Source of the DNA: Longimicrobiales bacterium
Lineage (GTDB): Bacteria > Gemmatimonadota > Gemmatimonadetes > Longimicrobiales > Gaopeijiaceae
Assembly (NCBI GenBank): GCA_965197725.1
Contig: CBDANQ010000040.1
Location: 11,709-75,708, forward strand
Reading direction: 5' to 3'
Length of the DNA: 64,000 nucleotides
In this document: one piece after another, positions 21,291 through 30,743 of the stretch
Numbering within the stretch: position 1 is the first letter of the stretch
Layout: the number at the start of each line of letters is the position of its first letter
Position numbers and translations under genes: made by a program
The notes under the pieces: model-generated
Told to the model about the DNA's origin: nothing
Database searches by the model: none
The model's input: the letters and a program-made list of their open reading frames with translations, nothing else

Positions 21291-21830
21291 GCTGTCACCA
21301 GCATTTTGATATAGTTCAGTGAAGCCCGCACGCGGAGGATACGGCCTCGCTTGCCACGCGTCCGCCTCCCTACCAGAAGTCTCTAGCAATAAACCCACGT
21401 CTACGCCCACGTCGGTGAGCACACGGCTGGCAAACGTGTGTCGAGCTGTCAGAAATCCCGCACCGAGGTTCATAGGGTCCATCTCGTGCGGGACACTCCA
21501 GGCGCCGGTCTCCCACGTTCACCCAAATGCTGCCTCCAGCACATCCCGTGAATCGACATCGAACTCTGCCTCGAGGAAGAGGAGTCGGTCGCGCCATCCG
21601 ATCTCATCTTCGGCAAGGCCGAAGAGGCTGAGCTGGATAGTCTGGCTCAGGAGGAGCTCGAGACCCTGCGTGACGAAGTGAAAGCGCTGAAGCAGGAGGT
21701 CAAGAAGGCATCAGAGTTGGACAAACCGAAGATCGCCGAGGAGATCGACGCGCTACGCACTGAGATCGAGATCCTCGAAGCCGAGTTCGAAGCGCGGGAG
21801 GATGACGCGGAAATGGAAGAGGGCGACTAG

Positions 21831-23325
21831 CAGACCGTGGATAAAGTCCGGTCATCGCTGTTGTGTTAAATCAGGAGGACACGAGGGTTTTTGCAGCGAG
21901 GACGGCGATGGCGGTAGGTAAGCGGCCCGAGGCTCGGCAGGGCGAGATGTTCGTGGTGGCGAGCGAGATTCGGGCCTTGGACAACCCGTTCTACCGGGCC
22001 TTGAACGAGCTTCTGGCGAAAAGCGGGTTTGACGAGTTCGCGGAAGAGGCATGCCGTGAGTTCTACGCGGACAATCGGGGTCGGCCGGGGATTGCTCCCG
22101 GGGTGTATTTCCGAATGATGATGGTGGGCTACCTGGAAGGGATCGGCTCGGAGCGGGGCATTGCCTGGCGGTGTGGGGACTCGTTGTCGTTGCGTGAGTT
22201 TCTGGGATACGGGTGGGCGAAGAACCCGCCGGAGCATTCGACCCTGTCGAAGACGCGCAAGCGCCTGAGCGTGGAAGCGCACGCGGCGGTGTTCGGGCGG
22301 GTGCTGGAGCTGCTGAAGGGGTCGGGGTTGCTGAGCGGCAAGACGCTGGGCGTCGACTCGACGACGCTGGAGGCGAATGCGGCGATGCGCACGATCGTGC
22401 GGCGCGACGACGGGTTGGGCTACGATGAATGGCTGCAGCAGGTGGCCCGGGCGTCGGGGATCGAGACGCCGACGCGCAAGGATCTGACGACGCTGGACCG
22501 GAAGCGTCCGAAGAAGGGCTCGAACAAGGACTGGGTGCATCCGCACGACCCGGAGGCGCGGATCACGAAGATGAAGGACGGCAGGACGCGCCTGGCGCAC
22601 AAGTTGGAGCAGGCGGTCGACATGGAGACCGGTGCGCTTGTGGCGGTGACGGTGCAGACGATGGACGGGGGAGATGTGGCGTCGCTGCCCAACACGCTGG
22701 ACGAGGCAGAGCGGCAGCTGGAAGTAGTGCAGGTAGAGCCCGAGGAAGTGGTGGCCGACAAAGGCTACCACTCGAACAAGACCATGACGGGCGTGAAGGA
22801 GCGGGAGCTGCGCAGCTATGTGAGCGAGCCCAACCGCGGGCGCCGGAAATGGAAGAACAACCGGGACGCGCAGAAGCCGACCTACGACAACCGCCGCCGG
22901 ATCCGCGGCAACCGGGGGATGCGGCTGCTGCGCCAGCGCGGCGAGAAGGTGGAGCGGGGGTTTGCGCACTTGCTTGTGACCGGAGGGCTGCGTCGCGTCC
23001 ACATACGGGGCCAGGAGGAGATTCGAAAACGGATGTTGATCCACGCGGCGGCCTTCAACCTCGGCCTTCTCATGCGCAAGCGGTTCGGGGTTGGAACCCC
23101 CCGTGCGTTACAGGGCCTCGCTACCGTACAAGCTGCGCTCGCAACTCAGGTTACAACCCGCGTCTCGCGCTTTTTCCGCCGTATTCGGCGCTATTTCGCC
23201 TTCCTTGGGCCGAATATCGCCTCGTCAGACCCCAAAACCCGCTTCTTGCACAACAACACAGCCCCCGCGTGTCTGCCTTATCTCCCACCCATCATCCGCT
23301 GGGAACCTATTTCTTCCACGGACTG
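21831..23325 (+). mobile_element. IS1182/IS5-like element
   Basis: IRs CAGACCGTGGATAAA / TTCTTCCACGGACTG; CTAG duplicated at 21827-21830 and 23326-23329. Confidence 0.9.
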
Positions 23326-23329
23326 CTAG
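21863..23329 (+). CDS. IS1182/IS5-type DDE transposase
   Basis: GRPGIAP (DUF772-like), GVDSTTLEANA, VADKGY, RGEKVERGFAH. Likely start at ATG near 21908. Confidence 0.92.
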   Translation: MLNQEDTRVFAARTAMAVGKRPEARQGEMFVVASEIRALDNPFYRALNELLAKSGFDEFAEEACREFYADNRGRPGIAPGVYFRMMMVGYLEGIGSERGIAWRCGDSLSLREFLGYGWAKNPPEHSTLSKTRKRLSVEAHAAVFGRVLELLKGSGLLSGKTLGVDSTTLEANAAMRTIVRRDDGLGYDEWLQQVARASGIETPTRKDLTTLDRKRPKKGSNKDWVHPHDPEARITKMKDGRTRLAHKLEQAVDMETGALVAVTVQTMDGGDVASLPNTLDEAERQLEVVQVEPEEVVADKGYHSNKTMTGVKERELRSYVSEPNRGRRKWKNNRDAQKPTYDNRRRIRGNRGMRLLRQRGEKVERGFAHLLVTGGLRRVHIRGQEEIRKRMLIHAAAFNLGLLMRKRFGVGTPRALQGLATVQAALATQVTTRVSRFFRRIRRYFAFLGPNIASSDPKTRFLHNNTAPACLPYLPPIIRWEPISSTDC

Positions 23330-23346
23330 GTCCCGCGGGGGGCCGC

Positions 23347-24594
23347 TCATCTCCCCAGCAAGATCCACGTACTCACGGTGAGCCATATCACGCCGATTAA
23401 GCTGAGTAGAATCCACTCCAACACGTTGGTCTGCTGCTTGCCCCTCTCCCCGTGGAACCACGCCATGACCGTCGCCACGGCGACGGAACTGCCGACGAAT
23501 GCCAGCGTTAGACTGAATATCATGTCGCCGTACTGGCCTAAGCGATTGCTCTCGACGAGCATCCACACCAGTTGCGTCAGGCCGGCCCCGGCAGCCACAG
23601 CGAATATCACGATCTGCGGCACGCGCCGCTTGATCAGCTGCTGCAGATCCGCCGCCTCTTCCACGCTCCCGCTCGTGGCGATGGCAGGCTGAGCGGCAGG
23701 TGCCGAATCGGCCGCGAGCGCCCGGGCCACAGCCGCCGCGCTCGGCCGGTGCTTCGGCTCACGATTCAGACAGAGACGAAGTAGATCCGCGAGGTCCGCG
23801 TCGACCTCCGGGCGCATCTGCTTCAGGTCCTTCGGATCTTGGTTGAGGTGCGCCGTGATCCACTGCGTATTCGTGCGTGCGTCGTAAGGGCCCCCGCCCG
23901 TGAGTAGCTCGTACCCGAGAACGCCGAACGCGTAGATGTCGGCCAGCTCGGTGAGGTCCTGATCCAGCAGTTGCTCGGGGCTCAGGTATCGGGGATCTCC
24001 GAGCACCTGACCGGTCTTGGTCAGCCGCGTCGCTTCCTCGCCGCTGGTCACCAGCAGTGCGGCGATTCCGAAGTCGGCGAGCAGCGCCTTTTCACCCTCC
24101 TCATCCCAAAGCACGTTGGCCGGGCGGACATCGCGGTGGACGATGCCTGCCGCGTGCGCAGCCGCCAGGGCAGACGCGATGTCGTGAAGGACCTCCTTCG
24201 CAACCGCCGGAGAGAGGCGGCCTTCGGCCTTGAGCCGCTCCTCCATAGTGCGGCCTTTGACGAAGCGCATCACCAGATACGGCGTTTCGTCGGGTAGCCG
24301 ACCGAAGCGGTAGACCTGGACCACGCTCGGATGACCCAGCGATGCCGCGGCCTGGGCTTCACGCTCGAAGCGCTTGAGCGCCGTCTGGTCCTTCACGTGA
24401 GAGGGCGAGAGGACTTTTATCGCGACGAGCCGCCCTAGACCTTTCTCTTTGGCCAAGTACACCGTAGCCATCGAGCCCCTGCCGAGACTCTTCTTGATAT
24501 CGAAGTCGTCGCCGAGCGCCGCCTGCAAGGCGTCCGCCGAACGAACCTCGGGATCATCCGGGGCGGCCGTGGAGAGGGGTTCTTGGTCGCTCAT
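23347..24594 (-). CDS. Ser/Thr protein kinase with C-terminal TM helices
   Basis: LGRGSMA, VAIK, HRDVRPAN, DFG, YLSPEQ; C-terminal RRVPQ...WFHGERGKQ membrane module. Confidence 0.92.
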   Translation of the reverse strand: MSDQEPLSTAAPDDPEVRSADALQAALGDDFDIKKSLGRGSMATVYLAKEKGLGRLVAIKVLSPSHVKDQTALKRFEREAQAAASLGHPSVVQVYRFGRLPDETPYLVMRFVKGRTMEERLKAEGRLSPAVAKEVLHDIASALAAAHAAGIVHRDVRPANVLWDEEGEKALLADFGIAALLVTSGEEATRLTKTGQVLGDPRYLSPEQLLDQDLTELADIYAFGVLGYELLTGGGPYDARTNTQWITAHLNQDPKDLKQMRPEVDADLADLLRLCLNREPKHRPSAAAVARALAADSAPAAQPAIATSGSVEEAADLQQLIKRRVPQIVIFAVAAGAGLTQLVWMLVESNRLGQYGDMIFSLTLAFVGSSVAVATVMAWFHGERGKQQTNVLEWILLSLIGVIWLTVSTWILLGR

Positions 24595-24934
24595 GGCGAC
24601 GGCACGATAGACAGGCAAGTTGCCCACGACAAGCGTTCTCCCTCGAGCACTCGAGCTCCCCGTCGGACCCCCTTGTAGCCCCCGACCTGCTGTCTCCCTC
24701 ACGCCCAACCGACACAAATCACCGACACAAGAGAGCCCGCTGCCCCCCCTATCACCCTCTCCTTCTCACCTCTCGAGTCGCCCTATGCCCCCCAAGGGCC
24801 CCTAGAGACTCCTTTTTTATACTTATACCCCCACGCGGCAATTTTTTGGGTTGGATTTTACACTCAGTGAGTATAAACAGCGGTGGTGGGTCCGGCGCCA
24901 AGCCGACTACTCGACGCATCCTGTTCGCTGTGAA

Positions 24935-25024
24935 CGCCGCCCGCGCTCCACCGCAGACCGAGCTCGGATTCGATCAGTCTTCCGGATTCGATCCTACGGA
25001 TCCGGAGCCGATCCCAGAGTTCGA
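24935..25024 (+). pseudogene. C-terminal fragment of a second, divergent IS91-like transposase
   Basis: ARAPPQTELGFDQSSGFDPTDPEPIPEFE parallels PARGPPQSDL..DQTPTFDPAEPDP of copy D, but the DNA differs. Confidence 0.6.
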
Positions 25025-25151
25025 ACGACCCAAGCTCGTTCGTTATGACAACCTGGAGAGCTCGCTCGCGGTCTGACAATCGTCCAACCCGCCCAATCCA
25101 GCGATCCCAACGCAGAGCGGCCGACGTCCCCGTGCCGCACGCGATTGTGCC

Positions 25152-25604
25152 CTAATCTCGAGCCGACCCGCTGACCGGACTCCTGGGCACCGCTTCCTGT
25201 AGCGTGACGCGCCAACGGATCTGCTCCGACTCGATCACCAGGTACGCCACGCGTGGGTCGGCCGCTAGGTCCACGGTGTCGGCGCCGGGCTCCTGGGTGT
25301 CGACGATCGTCTGCAGCGGCCGACCGCTGATCGCACTGTAGAGCGAGACGCGGAAGTTGTTCGTGCCCGGAGCGCCCTCTTGGAGCGCTTCCCACGTGAG
25401 CCGCATGGAGCCTGTGGTCACGTCGAAGGACTCAGTCTGACGGTCGCCGCTTCCCGACCAGATGCCGAGCGCATGCCACAGGGTGCTCGCCGCGGCGACG
25501 GGCGGGGCGGGCTCGTCCTGCCGGCTTTCACAGGCTATGAGCAGCAGCAGCGCTACAAGGACGAGCGGCCGGCAGCGCAACCGCCGGCTGATCAAGAGTG
25601 ACAC
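25152..25604 (-). CDS. Hypothetical lipoprotein, last gene of the Mo-enzyme cluster
   Basis: LIAC lipobox; co-oriented just downstream of the FAD subunit. Confidence 0.65.
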   Translation of the reverse strand: MSLLISRRLRCRPLVLVALLLLIACESRQDEPAPPVAAASTLWHALGIWSGSGDRQTESFDVTTGSMRLTWEALQEGAPGTNNFRVSLYSAISGRPLQTIVDTQEPGADTVDLAADPRVAYLVIESEQIRWRVTLQEAVPRSPVSGSARD

Positions 25605-25635
25605 GCTCCGAGGGCGCCGTGCCCCGCGGTGCGGT

Positions 25636-26649
25636 CTACGCCGTGGCAGCGAGCGGCCCGCCCCTGACGGCGCGCCGTACCAGATTGCGCATCAACGGCA
25701 CCTTGTAGGCGTTGAAGCGCAGCGGCTCAGCGCCCTCGACGGCCAACTCGCCGGCCCTTGTAGCCGTCTCCTCATTCAGCGGCTGGCCGGCCAGAGCTTT
25801 CTCCACCGCCCGCAGGCGCAGCGGCCGCGCAGCCACGGCACCGACCACCACTCGGGCCTGGTCGATACGGCCGCTGCTCTCCCTGATCGCCGAAGCGACG
25901 TTCACCAAGGGGAAGTCCCACACCTCGCGGTCGCGCACCTTCTCGAAGTAGAACCGCGCACCCGCCCACGTCGCCGGGACACGGATGGCCGTGAGCAGGT
26001 CGCCGGGCCTCAAAACTGTCATGCGCGTGATGTCTACGTCCGGTCCGACGAAGTAGTCGGCCGCGTCGACGACGCGCTCGCGTCCCCCCCGCCGTATGAC
26101 CATCTGCGCATCGAGCGCGACGAGCGCGGGGGCCGTGTCCGAGGGGCTCACGGCCACGCAACGGCTCGCATGGAGGATGGCATGCTCGCGGTTCACTGCC
26201 GTCGGTGTATTGGCGTAGCAGGTGTTGCCGCCGGCTCGATAGCAGGTCCAGCCGTCGCGGTAGTAGGTGCAGCGCGTGTCCTGCGACACGTTGCCGCCGA
26301 GGGTGCCTTGATTACGAATCTGGGGCGATGCCACGAGCCCCGCGGCCTTGGCCAGCACCTCGAAGCGCTCGATGACGGCCGGATGCTCGGCCACGTCGGT
26401 GAGCGTGGTCATGGCCCCGATCTCGAGACCACCGCCGGTCTCGCGGATGCCCTGCAGCTCCTCCACCTGGCTGAGCTCGATGACCACACCGGTCCGCTTC
26501 GTGCGGTCCTTGAGCCAGTCGAACGAGTCCATGCCTCCGGCTATGATCCAAGCCTCGTCGCCGTAGGCGTCAGCGGCCTCTACCGCCTCCTCGAGGCTGG
26601 AAGGCTGGATCAGCTGGAACGGAGGGATTAAGTCGTTCACGATCGCCAT
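25636..26649 (-). CDS. Xanthine dehydrogenase-family FAD-binding subunit (PaoB/YagS-like)
   Basis: IAGGMD, ASPQIRNQGTLGGN, Cys-rich insert (RCTYYR..CYRAGGNTC), KVRDREVWDF. Confidence 0.93.
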   Translation of the reverse strand: MAIVNDLIPPFQLIQPSSLEEAVEAADAYGDEAWIIAGGMDSFDWLKDRTKRTGVVIELSQVEELQGIRETGGGLEIGAMTTLTDVAEHPAVIERFEVLAKAAGLVASPQIRNQGTLGGNVSQDTRCTYYRDGWTCYRAGGNTCYANTPTAVNREHAILHASRCVAVSPSDTAPALVALDAQMVIRRGGRERVVDAADYFVGPDVDITRMTVLRPGDLLTAIRVPATWAGARFYFEKVRDREVWDFPLVNVASAIRESSGRIDQARVVVGAVAARPLRLRAVEKALAGQPLNEETATRAGELAVEGAEPLRFNAYKVPLMRNLVRRAVRGGPLAATA

Positions 26650-26718
26650 AGCGCTTCTCCTGGACTCCGAGCTACTGAAGCATCGTCTGCTGATTCGTCA
26701 TCTGGATCTCGCCCGGCA

Positions 26719-29187
26719 TCAGATGTGGGCCGTCAACGGCTCCTGCATGGGCCGCCCGTGCTCGAGCGCCATGAGGATGTTGTCGAGCGTCACGGGTGTG
26801 CGGCGGAACGCCTCATCGCCGAGCGCCGCGGAGAGCGCGTTGAGGACCGCGCACGCCCCAGCGGCAACCGGCGGCTCGCCGATGCCACGCGCGCCGACCG
26901 GGGTCTCGGGATCCGGCAGGTTCACCGCGTCCCACTGCATATTTCGCGGTATGTCCAGTATCGTGGGTGGACGACTCTGGTACATCCGCTTCGCCAGCGG
27001 CAGGCCGTAGTGCTGGTCGTACACGCTCTTCTGCGCGAGCGTGTGCCCCATGCCGAGCACCGAGCGCCCGAGAACCTGCCCGCCGTAGGAGCGCGGGTGG
27101 ATGATGGTGCCCGAGTCGCCCACTGCCATGTAGTCGAGTATTCGATAGTCGCCGGTCTCGAGGTCCACCTCGACCTCCGCGAACCCGGCGACGAAGGAGA
27201 ATGTCCGCCCGTCCCGCCCGTAGCTGTCGCGCGCGACGCCCATGAGGCCCTGCCCGGCCAGCGCCGTCGCCGATCTGGTCGTGTACCGGTTGATGTCCTC
27301 GGGCAGCTCGTGCCCGTCGTACTTGCCGCCCAGCTCGATGGCGCGCTGGGCCACCTCCGCGAGCGTCATGCCGCGGCTGCCGTTCGAGACGCGCTCGTCG
27401 GCCACACGGTAGGACTCGGGGCTCCCGCCGAGCGTTCGGGCCGCGATCTCCTTCACCTTGGCGATGGCGTCCGAAGCCGCCGCGTGGGCCGCGCGCGACA
27501 TCGCGTGCGTCGTCTGGCTCCCGCCGGAGACGCACGTCCACGGGAGGTTCTGGGACGTGTCACCCCAGGAGATCTCCACCTTGTCCCACGGCACGCCCAT
27601 CAACTCGGCCGCCACGCGATGGACGTCGGAGTACGATTGTGTGCCCAGATTGCCGACGCCCGACTTGACGTACATACGGCCGTCGGGCTTGATCACGAAG
27701 AGCCCGTCGAATCCGGTCGAGCCGGCGACGAACGAGCTGACCGCCACGCCAGCCCCACGTACCGTGGAGCCTCGGCGCTGACCGGAGCGTGCCTTACGCG
27801 TCTCCCAGTCGAAGAGCTCGGAGCCCCGATCGAGCGCTTCCCTGAGGAACGCGCTTGTGCAGTACGCTCTCGGAGCGTCGCCAACCTGAGGGCCGAATGG
27901 GGCCTTGCCGACGGGCGCGTTGACGCGGCGGATGTCCACCTGGTCGAGACCGAGCTGGCGCGCGGCCTTGGCGATGACCGGCTCCATCATCAGGATGCCC
28001 TGGAGCCCCCCTGGCTGGCTCTGCGCCCGGCGCGGCGGCGTGTTCGTGAGCACGGTGGTCGCCCGCATCCGCATGGCCTGCGGCTGATAGAGCAACGACA
28101 CGATGCTGCCGGAGAACAAGGCGTCGCCTCCCGGCTCGTACGCGCTATTCTCTCCCACCGTGAACATGTCGAGAGCCAGGAGGCGCCCGTCGCTGGCAAA
28201 TCCGGCCCTTACGCGGCCGTGGATCGCAGGGCGAATACCGCCGATGAAATGCTCCTCCTCGCGCGAGATGCGGAGCATGACCGGCTGGCCCGCTTTCTTG
28301 GCGAGCAGGGCCGGGACCGTGCTGATGACGGCGCCGGTGGCCCGGCTGCCGTAGCCGCCGCCCGTGTACTCCGTAATGAGCACGACATCGTCGACGTCGA
28401 GCCGCATCCAGCGGGCGAGGGACGCCACCGTCTGCACGGTGCTCTGCGTGCCAGTGTGTACGTACAGCTTGCCGTTGCGCCAGTACGCGAGCGTGGAGCG
28501 CGGCTCGAGCACGTGGTGGTGGTTGTTGGCGACGGAGAACGTCTGGTCCAGCACGAGTGCCGCCTCGGCGAATCTCGCCTCGACGTCGCCGAACGACCAT
28601 TCGTCCCGAGACGTGCCGGTCGGCAATCGACCCTCTTCGTACTCGGCGAAATCGGCGCTCGCCCACTTCATCTCCTGGACCTCGAGGGGGCCTGTGGGCT
28701 CTCCCGCCGGACGGCCCCAGCAGTTGCCCTCGGAACGCGCGTTGGGCCCGTCCGGACGGAGACTCACGAGCGGGTCGACCACGAACGGCAGCGGCTCGAA
28801 GTCGATCTCGATGGCTTCGATGGCTGCGACCGCCGTCTCCTCGTCCACTGCCGCCACGGCCAACACCGGTTCCCCGGCATAGACCGGCTCGTCGCTGAGC
28901 GCGCGCTCGCCCTTGGGATTGGCAGGGATCCTCTCGCCGAGATCGGTCACGATGTCGGCTGGCGCCGGAAGCTCCGACGCCTGGAGAATGGCGCGCACGC
29001 CCGGCATGACCTCGGCGGCGCTCGTGTCGATGCTCCTGACCCGGGCGTGGGGAAGGGGGCTCAGCAAGAGCTTCGCGTAGAGCATTCCGTCAACCCGGAA
29101 ATCCTCCGAGTACTTGGCCCGGCCCGTGACCTTGGCGACCAGGTCGGGCGTGACGTAGTTCTGACCGACCAGCTTGTTCTCAGCCAC
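26719..29187 (-). CDS. Xanthine dehydrogenase-family molybdopterin-binding subunit
   Basis: KVTGRAKY, SPLPHARV, GGGYGS, SGGSQTT, GARGIGEP. GTG start overlapping the Fe-S gene. Confidence 0.94.
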   Translation of the reverse strand: MAENKLVGQNYVTPDLVAKVTGRAKYSEDFRVDGMLYAKLLLSPLPHARVRSIDTSAAEVMPGVRAILQASELPAPADIVTDLGERIPANPKGERALSDEPVYAGEPVLAVAAVDEETAVAAIEAIEIDFEPLPFVVDPLVSLRPDGPNARSEGNCWGRPAGEPTGPLEVQEMKWASADFAEYEEGRLPTGTSRDEWSFGDVEARFAEAALVLDQTFSVANNHHHVLEPRSTLAYWRNGKLYVHTGTQSTVQTVASLARWMRLDVDDVVLITEYTGGGYGSRATGAVISTVPALLAKKAGQPVMLRISREEEHFIGGIRPAIHGRVRAGFASDGRLLALDMFTVGENSAYEPGGDALFSGSIVSLLYQPQAMRMRATTVLTNTPPRRAQSQPGGLQGILMMEPVIAKAARQLGLDQVDIRRVNAPVGKAPFGPQVGDAPRAYCTSAFLREALDRGSELFDWETRKARSGQRRGSTVRGAGVAVSSFVAGSTGFDGLFVIKPDGRMYVKSGVGNLGTQSYSDVHRVAAELMGVPWDKVEISWGDTSQNLPWTCVSGGSQTTHAMSRAAHAAASDAIAKVKEIAARTLGGSPESYRVADERVSNGSRGMTLAEVAQRAIELGGKYDGHELPEDINRYTTRSATALAGQGLMGVARDSYGRDGRTFSFVAGFAEVEVDLETGDYRILDYMAVGDSGTIIHPRSYGGQVLGRSVLGMGHTLAQKSVYDQHYGLPLAKRMYQSRPPTILDIPRNMQWDAVNLPDPETPVGARGIGEPPVAAGACAVLNALSAALGDEAFRRTPVTLDNILMALEHGRPMQEPLTAHI

Positions 29188-29827
29188 GGGCCACCTCCCG
29201 CGAAAGCTCCGCGCCCCGTTCCAGGGCCGTGAGGATTTTGTCGTAGTCCTGGCACCGGCACAGGTTGCCGGACACGCCATGAGCCAGCTCTTCGCGGGTC
29301 GGGTTCGGATTCTTCTGTAGGAATCCCACCGCCGCCATGACGAAGCCGGTCATGCAGTAGGCGCATTGGAAGCCCTCCTCCTCGACCACGCCCCGCTGCA
29401 CCGGATGGAGCGTACCGTCGGGCGACTCCAGACCCTCGATCGTCCTGATCTCGCGCGACCTGACGGCGTGGGTCAGCACCGAGCACGAGTAGCGCGGCAC
29501 GTCATCGACAAGCACCGTGCAGGCACCACACTCCGCCCGGTCGCAGCCGAGCTTGGTGCCGGTGAGCCCGAGCTTGTAGCGGAGCGTCGTGGCCAGGGTC
29601 TCCTGCGGGGCTACGTCGACCCGCCGAGTCTGGCCGTTGACGGTGAGCGTCAGCAGCCGCTCAACGCCGCTCATCCGAGCGGCCCCACCCGTCAAGAGCG
29701 GGCTGTTGCGGAAGAGGTAGGCCGCGGAGGAAACCGCCACGCCTCCGGCGATTACACCCTTGATGAAGGTGCGCCGGGTGAGGTCGGTCGGCCCGCTGCG
29801 GCTGGTTTGAGCGTCGTCACTTGGCAT
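29180..29827 (-). CDS. (2Fe-2S) subunit with Tat signal (PaoA/YagT-like)
   Basis: LTRRTFIKG twin-arginine motif; GCDRAECGAC, FQCAYC, GNLCRC. Confidence 0.94.
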   Translation of the reverse strand: MPSDDAQTSRSGPTDLTRRTFIKGVIAGGVAVSSAAYLFRNSPLLTGGAARMSGVERLLTLTVNGQTRRVDVAPQETLATTLRYKLGLTGTKLGCDRAECGACTVLVDDVPRYSCSVLTHAVRSREIRTIEGLESPDGTLHPVQRGVVEEEGFQCAYCMTGFVMAAVGFLQKNPNPTREELAHGVSGNLCRCQDYDKILTALERGAELSREVARG

Positions 29828-30014
29828 ATCGCCTCTCCTCCACATCGCGAGAATGGCGAGGACGGGGTCCGCTACGATCCCATCGATCGGGTCTACAATA
29901 ACGCGCGGCCTGGCCGTACGACACCCCTCCCGCGAGTGGCCCCCCCCGGCCTGTGCATGGACGCGCATGGCGCCTTCGCGCGGTGACGCTGCGTCATTCT
30001 TTGACGCCGGATCT

Positions 30015-30419
30015 ATGGAGTACGATCCCGAGCTAGAGCTGCTGGCGGGTCATGTCATCGATCTGCGGGACGAAATCTATTTCGAGGGCGAGTCCGTCAC
30101 GGAGCTCAAGTCGTTCATGCACCGCGCGGTTGACCACTACCTGGCGGTTTGCAACGAGCGCGGTGACACGCCCGACAAGCCGTTCTCTGGGCAGCTACGG
30201 CTTCGAATGAACCCGGAGCTACATCGCTCGCTCGTGATCGCGGCGTCGACGGCCGGAAAGAGTCTCAACACTTGGATCGTCGAAGCGGGGCGATCGATGA
30301 GGGTGTGCATGTATGTAAGCCATCGTAGGTCCTCCGCGAGTTGGCAAGGTGGGCGTCGCCCCGCAGCGGTTCCGGCACTACATGTTCGCGTTCGCTATTC
30401 CAGCGAAAACCTGGTCTGA
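30015..30419 (+). pseudogene. hicB: HicB-family antitoxin, N-terminally clipped, no hicA
   Basis: FEGESVTELK..AVDHYL..PDKPFSGQLRLRMNPELH..GKSLNTWI. Similarity ends near 30290. Confidence 0.8.
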
Positions 30420-30491
30420 GTTTCGCCATTTCAGCGAAAAATACCGCGAAACTTCGGCGTTTTGGCGAAAATGGGGCCTGCTGCCGTATAG

Positions 30492-30533
30492 TTTGCAACC
30501 AGGAGGTCGGCGGTTCGATTCCGCCTAGCTCCA
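30492..30533 (+). repeat. 3' half of tRNA-Ala(UGC), att-site remnant
   Basis: TTTGCAA anticodon loop, CCAGG, T arm GGCGGTTCGATTCCGCC, TAGCTCCA. No D arm or 5' anticodon stem upstream. Confidence 0.85.
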
Positions 30534-30743
30534 CTGACGTAAGCGCTTGATACGCACGACTTACGGTAGACCCATCGCTCCCATGTGGGCGGGGGGTCTA
30601 CATGCTGGAGTACATGTTGAGCCGGGAAGCGCGGGCAAGGAACCGGGCGCCTCCGTTCCCGCGTGAGGACTCAGACAAGGGGTGGGCGCTTGAGGGTCCA
30701 GCGGGTGAGGGCGGGGTGAGGGGGAGCTGTGCCGGCCCCCCCC

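Noticed and set aside
26725..29232. 835-aa plus-strand ORF (also 25462-26631, 31455-32813, 21866-23044 and 56766-57905)
   Set aside because: Antisense shadows of well-supported genes, expected in high-GC DNA, with no recognisable motifs.
30474..30533. Complete tRNA-Ala gene
   Set aside because: The upstream GGGGCCT is too close, there is no D arm, and nothing pairs with CCAGG in the anticodon stem. Only the 3' half is present.
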